A stretch of DNA of 64,000 nt from a virus: positions 1 through 64,000 of IMG/VR virus record IMGVR_UViG_3300023202_000336; one strand, written 5' to 3'. Position 1 is the stretch's first letter. Each line of letters begins with the position of its first letter. The notes below the pieces were generated by a model. The model did not search any database, had not been told where the DNA came from, and saw only the letters and a program-made list of their open reading frames with translations. A program made the translations under genes and the position numbers. This document shows positions 63,561 through 64,000 of the stretch, piece after piece.

Positions 63561-64000
63561 ATGACTAAGAGTCGAAACCTGCTGGACGAGCTGGATGGCC
63601 TCATCAAGCGTGCAGGCGCGAAGAAGGCCGAGGAGCTCGAGAAGGCGGAACAGGAAGAGCAGGCTGGAAACGGCGAGGAAAAGACCGCCGGCGAGACCAG
63701 CCGTAAGATGGACAACGAGGACGACAACACCACCGCTGCGACGACCGGGGAACAGGCCGCCGCGAACAAGCGTGACAACCGCGATCACTACTCGGCTGGA
63801 AGTACCGATAAGGGTGCTGAGACGAATCCGAGTGGCGAAGCGGTTGACATGAGTTCGGACATGGCCGACGCCGTCGATTCTGACGGGCAAGAAGGCCCCG
63901 AGCCCGGTCACGTCGCCGAGGGTGGTGTCGGTTCCGAAGGGCCTCAGGGCCCCGGCGAGGAGACCGACGTCCCGAATAAGGCCGGTTGGGATAGCGGCGC
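63561..64000 (+). CDS. Scaffolding or capsid precursor N-terminus (3'-truncated)
   Basis: AAGGGA SD; open to the window end; highly acidic and disordered; KRAG, KKAE, KTAG; directly after the protease. Confidence 0.65.
   Translation, partial: MTKSRNLLDELDGLIKRAGAKKAEELEKAEQEEQAGNGEEKTAGETSRKMDNEDDNTTAATTGEQAAANKRDNRDHYSAGSTDKGAETNPSGEAVDMSSDMADAVDSDGQEGPEPGHVAEGGVGSEGPQGPGEETDVPNKAGWDSG

Noticed and set aside
1-64000. Eukaryotic giant virus (NCLDV) origin
   Set aside because: SD-led coupled operons, a lipobox spanin, sigma70-like promoters and bacterial-type RNAP motifs indicate a bacteriophage.
1-64000. Stop-codon reassignment
   Set aside because: TAA, TAG and TGA all end genes at tight junctions, and coding density is high under the standard code.
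1-64000. tRNA/rRNA genes, terminase, major capsid protein, reverse transcriptase
   Set aside because: No cloverleaf or recognisable motifs seen by eye; the capsid gene probably lies beyond 64000. tRNAscan and HMM searches would be needed to exclude divergent cases.

Overview
This is a 64-kb segment of a large tailed bacteriophage (jumbo-like, GC-rich). Nearly all credible genes are on the + strand, with Shine-Dalgarno sites and ATGA/TAATG stop-start coupling. A spanin-type lipoprotein points to a diderm host. Layout: (1) 1-4.1 kb is an accessory/regulatory zone with a tandem array of translationally coupled 12-bp-repeat mini-genes, small ORFs sharing a C-terminal SFREFVK tag, an orphan Phd/YefM-like gene, duplicated palindromes and an HTH protein. 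(2) 4.2-25.8 kb holds an SNase-like nuclease and a long tail-fibre/adhesin block that includes very Cys-rich proteins. (3) 25.9-28.4 kb is a lysis-type membrane cassette ending in an intrinsic terminator. (4) 28.5-64 kb is a head/internal-protein block whose products repeatedly carry a K-x-A-(A/G/S) motif. It contains a 1491-aa polyprotein (LigD-type 3'-phosphoesterase, ATP-dependent ligase, HiPIP-like 4Fe-4S domain, Nudix, DUF5661-like), a portal-like protein, a multisubunit RNA polymerase and a prohead-protease-like protein; portal, polymerase and protease each carry an intein. The polymerase is a beta/beta'-N fusion plus a separate beta'-C gene, with a GGDYDGD active loop and both Zn sites lost, and resembles the deep-branching RNAP-encoding phage lineage. 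The best candidate novel system is protease-processed, K-x-A-punctuated capsid cargo delivering a DNA end-repair kit plus redox/Nudix modules. All family calls come from recalled motifs; no database search was run.
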